IMG/VR virus record: IMGVR_UViG_3300042453_003743
Coordinates: 64,001 to 128,000 of that record
Strand: one strand, 5' to 3'
From: a virus
Length of the DNA: 64,000 nt
The notes below the pieces were generated by a model that was not told where the DNA came from, ran no database searches, and saw only the letters and a list, made by a program, of their open reading frames with translations. The position numbers and the translations under genes are program-made. Positions within the stretch are counted from its first letter, which is position 1; each line of letters opens with the position of its first letter. This document shows positions 42,781 to 51,600 of the stretch, piece after piece.

Positions 42781-43814
42781 TTCCCAAGAAATTTAGAAAT
42801 TTTTGCTGATACAGATTCGTTTGCAGGTTGGGTTGTCTTTGGTAATGTTACAACCCGAATTTTTGCACCACCGCCGAGAGTAGTTCTTCCCTCGGCATCC
42901 GTGGGAAGATCCTTTAGAGTTTTTGGCTTAATACTTTTTCTTGACAATTTTGGAACAGATGTTTCTGCTGGAATTTCTGAACCCAATTCTTTTGTTCCTG
43001 TGGATTGCATTTCTGCACCAGCATCGGGCGTTGCTTGAACTTTTAACGATGATCCAATGCCTCTTGCTGGTATTTCGCCTGAAGCAGCTTTATGGACTAA
43101 TTCATCATCACCTTCTATTGGATTGCCAGAATCAATTCTTGCTTGAGCAGCAAAGGGATCTGTAAAATTTGGATGACCAATATTTTTTGAATGAATGTGC
43201 TGGTTTGTTGTTAAAACATCAGATACATCACTATCCCCGTCGTCATTTCGATCTGAAACTTTTAAGTCAGGAGCTTTGGTTGTAGGTGAAAGTCTACCAA
43301 CTCTTTCCGCTTCTTTTTCGGCTCTCAATTTTTTGTATATTGCAATTTGCTCCGGAGTAGTGGCTGGGCCTGCTCCTTCATTTTCTCCACCCGGAATACT
43401 CTCATAACTTTCGTCACCAAAAATTGTTTCTCCACGTCCTCTTTCAAGAAAAGAAGTTGCCCTTGCTTCTTTTCCTATATTTGATACTCCCTGCGGTGTA
43501 ACTCTAATTTGCTCTGATGGTTTTAATGTTGGATTTGGAGATTTGCTAGAAACTTTTGCTTCTGGGCTTCTACCAGTATTAATAGTCTGAATTAGGTTAT
43601 ACAGCCCCTGAGCGATTTTTGATTCTTGAGATTCTTCCCCCGAGCCTGCGCTTGTTGTGGTAGTCCCACGAATGCGTGTAGATCTGCCACCATAGTCACC
43701 AACTTGACTACCACCTTTCATGGCTTCATTTAATGTTTGCTGAGTTTCCTGCACTTTATTTGCGGCACTATTTAGGGAGTGAATCCAGCTGTAATAACCT
43801 TTAATATTCTTCAT
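42777..43814 (-). CDS. low-complexity late protein (probable head-internal)
   Basis: Start MKNIKGYYSW after TATAAATA; TLNE site. Confidence 0.7.
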   Translation of the reverse strand: MKNIKGYYSWIHSLNSAANKVQETQQTLNEAMKGGSQVGDYGGRSTRIRGTTTTSAGSGEESQESKIAQGLYNLIQTINTGRSPEAKVSSKSPNPTLKPSEQIRVTPQGVSNIGKEARATSFLERGRGETIFGDESYESIPGGENEGAGPATTPEQIAIYKKLRAEKEAERVGRLSPTTKAPDLKVSDRNDDGDSDVSDVLTTNQHIHSKNIGHPNFTDPFAAQARIDSGNPIEGDDELVHKAASGEIPARGIGSSLKVQATPDAGAEMQSTGTKELGSEIPAETSVPKLSRKSIKPKTLKDLPTDAEGRTTLGGGAKIRVVTLPKTTQPANESVSAKISKFLGN

Positions 43815-43863
43815 AGAATTATTTATATTTGACTTTATCTCAAAATACACTATAATTATTCAT

Positions 43864-44013
43864 ATGGATTATGGTTCACATGGTGCAGGCAAAGGCGATT
43901 CGTATCGTCCTGTAAATTACGCAGAATATTGCAAAAATTGGGATAAAATTTTTGCAAAAAAGAAGGCTTCCAAAAAGAAACTTGACAAACCTAAAAAGAA
44001 GCGTATAATATAA
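43864..44013 (+). CDS. 49-aa basic protein
   Basis: Read manually; GAGKGDSYRPVN...NWDKIF motif; TTGACT-N16-TATAAT promoter. Confidence 0.6.
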   Translation: MDYGSHGAGKGDSYRPVNYAEYCKNWDKIFAKKKASKKKLDKPKKKRII

Positions 44014-44015
44014 CT

Positions 44016-44189
44016 ATGCCTAACTCAAAACAACGTATTACTGCACGTACTCACAAAAAGCGTAAAAATAGGATTGCTCAGAAACGTGCTGAGAGTCTTA
44101 TGAATGCAAAGGTTGGCACTCTTCGTAAGCTTGACGAGATTGGCCAACTTCCTAAGTCTGTCAAGCTTGCAAGGTTGCCTAATGGCTAA
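44016..44189 (+). CDS. 57-aa basic protein (leaderless)
   Basis: TTGACA-N16-TATAAT-N6-ATG (MPNSKQRI...). Confidence 0.6.
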   Translation: MPNSKQRITARTHKKRKNRIAQKRAESLMNAKVGTLRKLDEIGQLPKSVKLARLPNG

Positions 44190-44481
44190 AACTGAAACTA
44201 ATATGACGTTTGAAGACATTCGTAAGAAGTATAACAACATCGATTGTTTTTTTACCTATTTTGATGGTGAAAAATCTTCTTTTGATTTTTATGGAACTGA
44301 TGCTACTGGGACTGAGGTTAGAATTTCTCTCGGTGGTTGTCCTGCTTGGATAAAGCATCTTTCGTTTGGTCCTAATGATGGTATAAATATTTCTGATGCT
44401 CTTGAGCGTCATGTTCGATACATCTCGGTTACCGACAATCGTGGTAAAGTTGTGTATGAACAAATTTTTGATGTCAACTAA
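44182..44481 (+). CDS. hypothetical protein
   Basis: Start MAKTETNM overlapping previous stop. Confidence 0.65.
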   Translation: MAKTETNMTFEDIRKKYNNIDCFFTYFDGEKSSFDFYGTDATGTEVRISLGGCPAWIKHLSFGPNDGINISDALERHVRYISVTDNRGKVVYEQIFDVN

Positions 44482-44489
44482 AGGAAACT

Positions 44490-44885
44490 ATGAATAACTC
44501 CGATCACAATGATTTTATGAATTGGCAAAACGGCGACGAGAATCCCGAACCAAATAACTTTTTTTATTATGGCCCATGGAATGAAAAATTTCGTGACATG
44601 TGGAACAAGATGCACCAAAACATTGATAAAAATGATTACATTGAGCAGATGAAAGATTATATGAATTTGAATGATCCCCCAAGTTCAAATCAATATAATA
44701 AAGAAAAGAATCGCAGACAAAGACAGAAAAGTAAGTTTCAAAAAGAGACTATCCTTTCTCAGGAAGATTATTTAAAGCTCATAGAAATTCGTGGTTATCT
44801 TTCTATAACCGAACAGTATGCCCACGTAAAAGCATTGGATAAACTCATCAATCGTATTCAAATTGTAGAAAGGGGACCAAAATGA
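44490..44885 (+). CDS. hypothetical protein
   Basis: AAGGA SD. Confidence 0.7.
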   Translation: MNNSDHNDFMNWQNGDENPEPNNFFYYGPWNEKFRDMWNKMHQNIDKNDYIEQMKDYMNLNDPPSSNQYNKEKNRRQRQKSKFQKETILSQEDYLKLIEIRGYLSITEQYAHVKALDKLINRIQIVERGPK

Positions 44886-45106
44886 GTGACTACAAACCAG
44901 GTTCCGGTTATGATGCTGGATTTAAAACGAGAATGAATGGCGGTGAAAAGCCAAGCAATGTTCTTTTAGCAGAGAATAATGTTTATTGGACTGAGTGGCT
45001 TGCTGGTTGGGATGATGCTCATTCCCAGATAATCAGCGAGTCCAGAGCAAGAAATACTTGTTCAAATAAAAAGTGTTGTAAGAATAAAAAATTTATTCAA
45101 GATTAA
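44882..45106 (+). CDS. small protein with RMF-like GYxAG...WLAGW motif
   Basis: GYDAGF...YWTEWLAGWDDA loosely resembles ribosome modulation factor. Confidence 0.5.
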   Translation: MSDYKPGSGYDAGFKTRMNGGEKPSNVLLAENNVYWTEWLAGWDDAHSQIISESRARNTCSNKKCCKNKKFIQD

Positions 45107-45821
45107 AATCATCTGAAGATAAATTAAATTCTTCTAAAAAATTTGTTGCTGGATAATTTATCCAGTGCATATACTGGTCGCCAGATTCCGGATTTACGGT
45201 TCTGACGGCCATTTTTGCTTTGTTTCTTTGGGAAAATCTTTTTAAATATCTTTTTGTATCGCTATCTGGAACGTCTTTCCATGACTTTGCTTGTTTAAAA
45301 GACGTAAATTCCTCTGGGCATACATCAAATATTTCACAATTTTTTAAATATTTTCTTTTTATTATTCCATCACTAAGAGGTGGATCAAAGCCCGCAACTC
45401 CAACAGCAGGAGAATCCTGTGATGATGGGCCACCAAGATTTCCAGATGACATGTCTTCAAGCAACTCATAATAACTTAATTCACCATTAGTAACTTGAGT
45501 AATGTGTCCCTCTATCAAAGCTTCCAAATATTTTGAATCTAAATCGTAATCTTCAAACTCTTCTGAAAAAAGTTGAAGTGTGCTAAAATATGAAGCTAGC
45601 TTTGCTTTTGTTAAGTTTGATGGAATCTGTTCAAATATTTTTTTCAATTTTATGATCAAATATTCAAAAGAATCTATGCTGCTTTCTGGTTTTATAATGT
45701 TTCCTCTTTCGTCTATCGAACCAGCTCTATATGCATTTAAGTTGGTGTATGGCCCAGATACAGCTTGAGCGAATTCATAGAAGTAAAAAGGAGGAATGTA
45801 TGATGAACCTGAAAGCATCAA
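45093..45821 (-). CDS. conserved T4-like phage protein
   Basis: AYRAGSIDERGN...IKLKKI motif; CTAAATA promoter. Confidence 0.7.
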   Translation of the reverse strand: MMLSGSSYIPPFYFYEFAQAVSGPYTNLNAYRAGSIDERGNIIKPESSIDSFEYLIIKLKKIFEQIPSNLTKAKLASYFSTLQLFSEEFEDYDLDSKYLEALIEGHITQVTNGELSYYELLEDMSSGNLGGPSSQDSPAVGVAGFDPPLSDGIIKRKYLKNCEIFDVCPEEFTSFKQAKSWKDVPDSDTKRYLKRFSQRNKAKMAVRTVNPESGDQYMHWINYPATNFLEEFNLSSDDFNLE

Positions 45822-45827
45822 AAATAT

Positions 45828-46226
45828 TTAGTTTTCTGTTTGTGAGAGTTTTCTATCGACCCGAGGATCAGTATTTAAAACCATATAATTTACTTCAGGT
45901 ATATCAAGATTTTTAAATTTTAAAAAAACCAAAAAAGATTTTAAGTATGAGTGGAGTCTTGGGTCTAATCTAAAAAATAAAATTCTCATCAATTTTTCTT
46001 CTCCAAACACGTTTTTTAAAATGATGAGGTGATTTATTATAAGTCTTTCGCGTATTGATTTTAAAGTTTTATGCTTGTGTATTTTCTGAAGAAGTCTTTT
46101 TATGTACTTTACTCTTTTCATGTCATCCATGAATTCTTCTTTGCCAGAACACTCTGGATTGAAATAATAATTCTGACAGAAGACGTTAAAATTTTCTTCT
46201 GTCAGAGGTTCATATTTTGGTTTCAT
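45828..46226 (-). CDS. conserved T4-like phage protein
   Basis: LTEENF...NPEC...EEF.DD.KR.KYIKRL...ERLIINH motif. Confidence 0.75.
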   Translation of the reverse strand: MKPKYEPLTEENFNVFCQNYYFNPECSGKEEFMDDMKRVKYIKRLLQKIHKHKTLKSIRERLIINHLIILKNVFGEEKLMRILFFRLDPRLHSYLKSFLVFLKFKNLDIPEVNYMVLNTDPRVDRKLSQTEN

Positions 46227-46230
46227 TATC

Positions 46231-46785
46231 TCAGTGCTGGCAACCACAATCAGCGCCTTGGTCACTATTATATGAAGATGTTTCCATTGGTACAATGACC
46301 ATTTCAACACGACGAAGACCGCTAGGTAGCCTTTGAACTTCTACCATTAATGCCAAGGAATGGCCGAGTTTTTCTTTTATCCCATCCCCTTGTTTGAAAC
46401 CACTTTTATTAATGTCATCATAGGGATTTTGTCCATACACACCGAGTTGTGGACTACCATACTGAACTAATTCATAAACATTTTGACCATCGTTTAATTT
46501 ATAATTTTTGCAAGCAAAATCTAAACCAAAGTGATTCAATTTTTGTTTTACAATACCAAGAACATTATCTGGTTCAATGTAATCTTTTGATGAGAATGTA
46601 TAAAGTAATGCATTAATTGCATCAATGGAATTTGGAAGTTTTAAATTAAATGTTCCTTGATTTGTGAGAGAGGTGGGACCTGGGTTTGGTTGGCCCATAT
46701 CGTAAAGGCCACCACCACCCATAGAAGCTTCTCCTGCATTCTCAGCTAAATTTTTTATGTTTGATAATAGTTCTTTAAATTTCAT
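46231..46785 (-). CDS. hypothetical late protein
   Basis: MKFKELL start; ATAAATA and AAGGA upstream. Confidence 0.7.
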   Translation of the reverse strand: MKFKELLSNIKNLAENAGEASMGGGGLYDMGQPNPGPTSLTNQGTFNLKLPNSIDAINALLYTFSSKDYIEPDNVLGIVKQKLNHFGLDFACKNYKLNDGQNVYELVQYGSPQLGVYGQNPYDDINKSGFKQGDGIKEKLGHSLALMVEVQRLPSGLRRVEMVIVPMETSSYNSDQGADCGCQH

Positions 46786-46799
46786 GGTATTCCTTATAT

Positions 46800-47966
46800 T
46801 TATGAACTTTTAGCGTTCATTTTTTTGACTTTTGCCAATCCATATAGATCTGGATTGTAGGAAACTTTGGAAAGTGACTCCAGGGTTTGATTGGCAATAT
46901 CTTCTGTAATCTTTTTCCATTTTCCGCCTTTTGATTTATAACATTTCGCAGCCCATGCATTTGCATAAGCACTGGGATAAACATCAAACTTTTTCTTTGC
47001 TTGAGCTATGCAACTGTTCCACTTTTTAGGATTCTTTGCTTTATTTTTGGAAGCTTCAGTAATTTGTTCGGGGTCTTCTTTTAACATTGATGATACTGAT
47101 TGTGTGCTCCAAGTCTTGCAGGCCCAATATCTGGCCTTCCATCTCGGCCCGGGATTATCGCAGTTGTGACGTGCTCTAAAATTTCTTCGGCGGGCTGGAT
47201 CGTCACGCTTAATTTCCATATTGGGATCACCAAAGTTTACTTTTACAACATTGCCTTTATCATTTTTGACATAAACTTTATACTTTTTTACATCCCCGCG
47301 CATTATTTTATTGAGTTTTACTTTTTTATTTTCTTCTTCATAAATTTCTAATTTTTCATCAAACTCATTAGTTTCCATACCTTCTGTCGTATCAACAAAT
47401 CCCATCACCGTGTCTGGTAAAAATACTTCGTTGACTTCTTGGCCTTCTTCGTCATCAAAACTAACATGAATTTTATTTTCTAATATTTCTATCGAATTGA
47501 CATTAAATAATTTACCGCTCTTCGAAACGATTAAATCAAAAGGCAAAAGTTCTCTGGCTTCTATTAAAGGAAACTGCATCTGTATAAAATTTTCTTTATT
47601 TTCTACAATAAAACTTGAAAAGCATTCTTTAATTTCAGAAATACCAGTATCAACAAATACTGGCTTTTTTCCTTTTCCTTTTATATCGCCTTTCTCACTT
47701 CTTCCAGCCTTTTTCTGTGCAGAACGTTTTCTACGAACAAAAGAAGCAATTTTTTCTTTTCCAAGTTTTTCAGCTTTTTGACGACTCAAACATGCTGCGT
47801 AAGCATCCCCCTCTTTGGCATCTCCACATTTTCCAACTCTTTCTCCTTTTGTGTTGTACCTGTCCCATCCGGGTCCACCGCCTGCCGATTCTCGGTTAAA
47901 CCACTTGCCAAGACCTGAATCTGAAAATACTTTTTCTAAAATTAAATTTACATTTTTTTTAATCAT
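46800..47966 (-). CDS. modular basic protein with three small phage domains
   Basis: GLGKWF...KCG...ACL; KVNFGDPNM...FRARHNC...RYWAC; AKKKFDVYPSAYAN modules. Confidence 0.7.
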   Translation of the reverse strand: MIKKNVNLILEKVFSDSGLGKWFNRESAGGGPGWDRYNTKGERVGKCGDAKEGDAYAACLSRQKAEKLGKEKIASFVRRKRSAQKKAGRSEKGDIKGKGKKPVFVDTGISEIKECFSSFIVENKENFIQMQFPLIEARELLPFDLIVSKSGKLFNVNSIEILENKIHVSFDDEEGQEVNEVFLPDTVMGFVDTTEGMETNEFDEKLEIYEEENKKVKLNKIMRGDVKKYKVYVKNDKGNVVKVNFGDPNMEIKRDDPARRRNFRARHNCDNPGPRWKARYWACKTWSTQSVSSMLKEDPEQITEASKNKAKNPKKWNSCIAQAKKKFDVYPSAYANAWAAKCYKSKGGKWKKITEDIANQTLESLSKVSYNPDLYGLAKVKKMNAKSS

Positions 47967-50317
47967 TTCCAGTCCTTATCTTGTTTCTCGCCTTTTTGGT
48001 GTCCGTTGTCGGATCTATTTTCAGATTTATTACGAACACGTAAATTATTTATACCATTTGAGCCGCCAGATCTCAGGGGATTTTTGTGATCAATGTCTTT
48101 GCCATCTCCCTTTTTAACTATACCCTTTTTTTTCATTTCCTCGCGCGCTTTTGTTCTCGCAGCACGTTCTTTTCTTTGCTTTGGTTTTCCATGGTAATTT
48201 CTGTATTCCATGTCATAGTCTCTTTTGTACTCCTCTTCAATAGAATTTAAAATATTAACCAACATGAATAATCTAAATGGCTCTTCTTCCAATCTCTCTA
48301 TTATGTTTGTATATATTTGTTTTAATTCTAATGGCCGAGCTTCGTTTTCAATTAAAATTTGAGAACCGAGGTTTATAAAAGAAAGTTCCGCATCTGTCAA
48401 CAACTGAGACTTAATCAACGAAGATAGTATAAAATTATTAGAAAAAGATTCTAATAATATATCATTTACTATTAATGGCATTGACTCCATCAATGCATTT
48501 GAAATTTTTTGACCTTTTTCTACAGGTATTTTTATTGTTTTCTTTCCAATTTTTACATGATTATATTCAACAGCATTCAAATCTTTTGGTTTGAATCCCG
48601 GAAGCAAACTTGCATTCATTGAAATTTCATAGTTATTAAGTATGTCAGAAACCATTAGCTGAACAGCATCTACGTTATCAATTGGAACAACCATCTTTTT
48701 CAGTTCGGCTTGTTCTGATTTTTGCTCTACTATTACACTATATTTTTTAAGCATTTCTGCTGCCGAAGGTTTGTAATTTGTAACGTTTTGTGATGTTATA
48801 ATATTTTTTGCTGGTTTTATTTCCAACTCTGATTGTGCTGATATAACATTAAAATAATCATCACTGAGAGGAAAAACCCCATTTACTGTTACTACGTGAT
48901 TGGCAGCAATATTTGGTGGAACTACATTATCTCCTCTTAATACATTTTTTAATACACTGTTTATAATATTTGATTTGAGAGAAGCAGATTTGCTTTTGAT
49001 TAATTGTTTAGTTAATTTTTTCCACTCATCTTGATAATTGTTTAAGGATACCTTTGGATTTAGTTCATTATTATCTAACAATATTGGACCCAGATCGTTA
49101 CCATTTTGATCTGTTACTTTTGTGTTTTTAAATTTATTAACAAGAGCTTCATTTTTTAATATCATATCAAGATATTCATTGGGTATCAACTCTTTCGAAT
49201 ATGATGCCTTCATCCCAGCGCCATCTTGGAACATTTTGCTCAAAGCTGGATCATTTTGTATGCTTTGTGGGTTGCTAAGTGCTGTAACCAATGCTGTGCC
49301 AACATAACCTTTAAATGATTTGGAATTTTGATTTAAATCTGCTGTAGAAAGACTTATTTCTCCACCAGCAGAAACTTTAAATCTATAATTCCCACAAGAC
49401 ATATCAGATACACCATCATTATTAATTGCGTTGGCTCCAGATTCAATTGAGGACAGCATGTTTTGAATACATTCTTCTCCAAGTTGAGAAAGTATTTTTT
49501 TAGCTGTATAAAACGCATTTCTTGTGAAATCCAAACCAGCCGGATTCATGGCCGTCATCGTTAACATTTCTTGGTCGCTCGCACCCATTTTTATTTTTGC
49601 CAAGAAAATAATGGCATTCAATACTTGTTGATTGAATGGTGCGGTTGAAACGGGATTTAAAGAAAATTTGACACTTAAAGATTCATATGTCAAATTATCA
49701 AAACTTGTATTCGATGGTGGTTTTCTTTGGGAAGCAAAATATTCTTGTCGTAGTTCTGGTGGTATATTAGCTAACTGTTCACCATTCATTTGTGAGAGAG
49801 ATTGAAAAATTTCTTCTTTTGATAATCTTCTGCCCTTTGGCTTTCCGTCGCCCTCTTTTTTATCTTCTTTTTTTGACTCTTTCCCGCTGGGTTCTTTTTT
49901 TTCCTCCTTCTTTTCTGGTTTTTTCTTATCCTTTTTCTCTGTTTCTTTTTGTTTTGTTTCTCCAAAAAGAAGTTTGGATGCGCGGGTCTGTTCAAAGTTT
50001 GGATCTCTTGTAAGCTGTTGAGCTTCGCCTAGAGATAGACTATCTTTACCAACTTTTGTATGGTATTTTTCATTAAATGAATCTTTAAAAACTAATTGAA
50101 GTTTTCCTTCAGAAGTTTTTACAGCAATAACTTCTTTAACAAGCTCTTGCTTTGGTTTTTTGTCTCTTGGTATGAGCCTAGAACGCTCTACGCGCTTTCT
50201 AGCTGCATCTTTAGCTCTGAGATCAGTAGCAGCGCCTTTGGCACGCTCCTTCTTCTCTGCCTCTCCTACTTTTGCTTCATTTAATTTTAATAAAAGTGAT
50301 TTAAAGTTCATCTCCAA
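47963..50317 (-). CDS. 784-aa protein with C-terminal HNH domain
   Basis: KGDGKDIDHKNPLRSGGSN...NLRV...NRS; N-terminus MNFKSLLLKLNE. Confidence 0.75.
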   Translation of the reverse strand: MEMNFKSLLLKLNEAKVGEAEKKERAKGAATDLRAKDAARKRVERSRLIPRDKKPKQELVKEVIAVKTSEGKLQLVFKDSFNEKYHTKVGKDSLSLGEAQQLTRDPNFEQTRASKLLFGETKQKETEKKDKKKPEKKEEKKEPSGKESKKEDKKEGDGKPKGRRLSKEEIFQSLSQMNGEQLANIPPELRQEYFASQRKPPSNTSFDNLTYESLSVKFSLNPVSTAPFNQQVLNAIIFLAKIKMGASDQEMLTMTAMNPAGLDFTRNAFYTAKKILSQLGEECIQNMLSSIESGANAINNDGVSDMSCGNYRFKVSAGGEISLSTADLNQNSKSFKGYVGTALVTALSNPQSIQNDPALSKMFQDGAGMKASYSKELIPNEYLDMILKNEALVNKFKNTKVTDQNGNDLGPILLDNNELNPKVSLNNYQDEWKKLTKQLIKSKSASLKSNIINSVLKNVLRGDNVVPPNIAANHVVTVNGVFPLSDDYFNVISAQSELEIKPAKNIITSQNVTNYKPSAAEMLKKYSVIVEQKSEQAELKKMVVPIDNVDAVQLMVSDILNNYEISMNASLLPGFKPKDLNAVEYNHVKIGKKTIKIPVEKGQKISNALMESMPLIVNDILLESFSNNFILSSLIKSQLLTDAELSFINLGSQILIENEARPLELKQIYTNIIERLEEEPFRLFMLVNILNSIEEEYKRDYDMEYRNYHGKPKQRKERAARTKAREEMKKKGIVKKGDGKDIDHKNPLRSGGSNGINNLRVRNKSENRSDNGHQKGEKQDKDWK

Positions 50318-50920
50318 TTATTTAGGCTCTGGAGGAACCTTATAATTTTCTAAAGGATTATAGAGTTTTAAATTTTTGTAAGATTTTGCCTTACCAACAG
50401 CCAATTTTCTAAGATTGGCGTAATCTAAGTTATTTTCTTTAGCAAAATCAGAAATACTGGGTATGTTCAAAATTTGACCACTTTTAATATCAACAAACAC
50501 AGCACCCATTTTTATCGGTATTTTATTTCGTTTTTCTTCTTTTGCCTTTTCATGAGATCCAGTGCCGTCTTTTACTGATCTTAATTCTACCGCTGTCCAT
50601 CCTTTATATGTTTTTCTTTTTCCATTTAACAATTCACAAATTTTTACAGCAGAAAGACCATGAAGTTTTCCAAACTCTGTCATATTTTCAAAAAATACTT
50701 TTTCTTCGGTATCAACTTTTTTTAACCAGTATCCGTTTTTTTCTTTTACTGGGCTATTCCAAAACCAGTATCCATCTTTTTCTAAAAAAAATCCGCCATG
50801 TTTATTCAAAAACATGGCTCTCATCTTTTTTGCTTTGGAATTGTCATTCATCTGCATCCAAAGTTTTGTTCCTTTTGTATTCACTGCATCTTCTAATGTT
50901 TTTTGTTCATAATATTTCAT
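50318..50920 (-). CDS. NUMOD1/intron-endonuclease-type DNA-binding repeat protein
   Basis: Two F.k.h.L...i..l..GK.K.YK repeats. Confidence 0.6.
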   Translation of the reverse strand: MKYYEQKTLEDAVNTKGTKLWMQMNDNSKAKKMRAMFLNKHGGFFLEKDGYWFWNSPVKEKNGYWLKKVDTEEKVFFENMTEFGKLHGLSAVKICELLNGKRKTYKGWTAVELRSVKDGTGSHEKAKEEKRNKIPIKMGAVFVDIKSGQILNIPSISDFAKENNLDYANLRKLAVGKAKSYKNLKLYNPLENYKVPPEPK

Positions 50921-51575
50921 TTTGTTCCCTATATTTTTTTACTAAATTATGTAAATGTTTGACATATTTTAGAGGGTTTCCCTGAAAAACTTGTTTTATT
51001 CCATCTTCACAAGCAATTAATATTGCAAAATTATCAATAATTATTCCGCTTCTTTCTTGAAACATTAGAGCGTATGCTGTAGCTTGCGCAAAATAATTAT
51101 CAATGTCTTCTTCTCTTTTTTCTTTAGTGCTCGCTTTAAAATCAATAATAGTCATCTTACCGTCATATTCTGCTATACAATCTGTTCTTCCAGCCAGTTT
51201 TAATGTTTTAGACCATAGTGGGTTTTCAAGAGAAATAATATTATCAATCTTATCCAACTCTGGTTTTAATAAATTGAACAATGCTTTATTTCCAGAGGTA
51301 ATTTCATCAAAATCTATTTCTTCATTTTTTAAATATTTTTCAATTAAAGAATGAAATTTTGTTCCCCTTGTTGTAACTCTTTTGCTTTCTTCTGGATTCT
51401 TTTCTCTCCATTTTGCAAAAAATTTTTGTTTTTCAAAACCAACAACTGTAGTTACACTGGGGAATATACCTCCCGGAGTTTCATAAAATCTTTTTCCATC
51501 TATTGTAACTTCTTTTAAATTACAGTCCAACTCAATAGGTTTGTGTATAAATTTTTTTGGTTCTTGTGTAAACAT
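50907..51575 (-). CDS. PD-(D/E)XK exonuclease (Cas4-like phage exonuclease)
   Basis: PSVTTV, RGTKFH, LAGRTDCI, IIDFKAS and QATAYA motifs. Confidence 0.88.
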   Translation of the reverse strand: MFTQEPKKFIHKPIELDCNLKEVTIDGKRFYETPGGIFPSVTTVVGFEKQKFFAKWREKNPEESKRVTTRGTKFHSLIEKYLKNEEIDFDEITSGNKALFNLLKPELDKIDNIISLENPLWSKTLKLAGRTDCIAEYDGKMTIIDFKASTKEKREEDIDNYFAQATAYALMFQERSGIIIDNFAILIACEDGIKQVFQGNPLKYVKHLHNLVKKYREQNEIL

Positions 51576-51600
51576 AAGTTACAAAATATAGCATATTTTT

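Noticed and set aside
50907-51575. Cas4 implying a CRISPR system
   Set aside because: Stand-alone phage PD-(D/E)XK exonuclease lacking the Fe-S cysteine set; no array nearby
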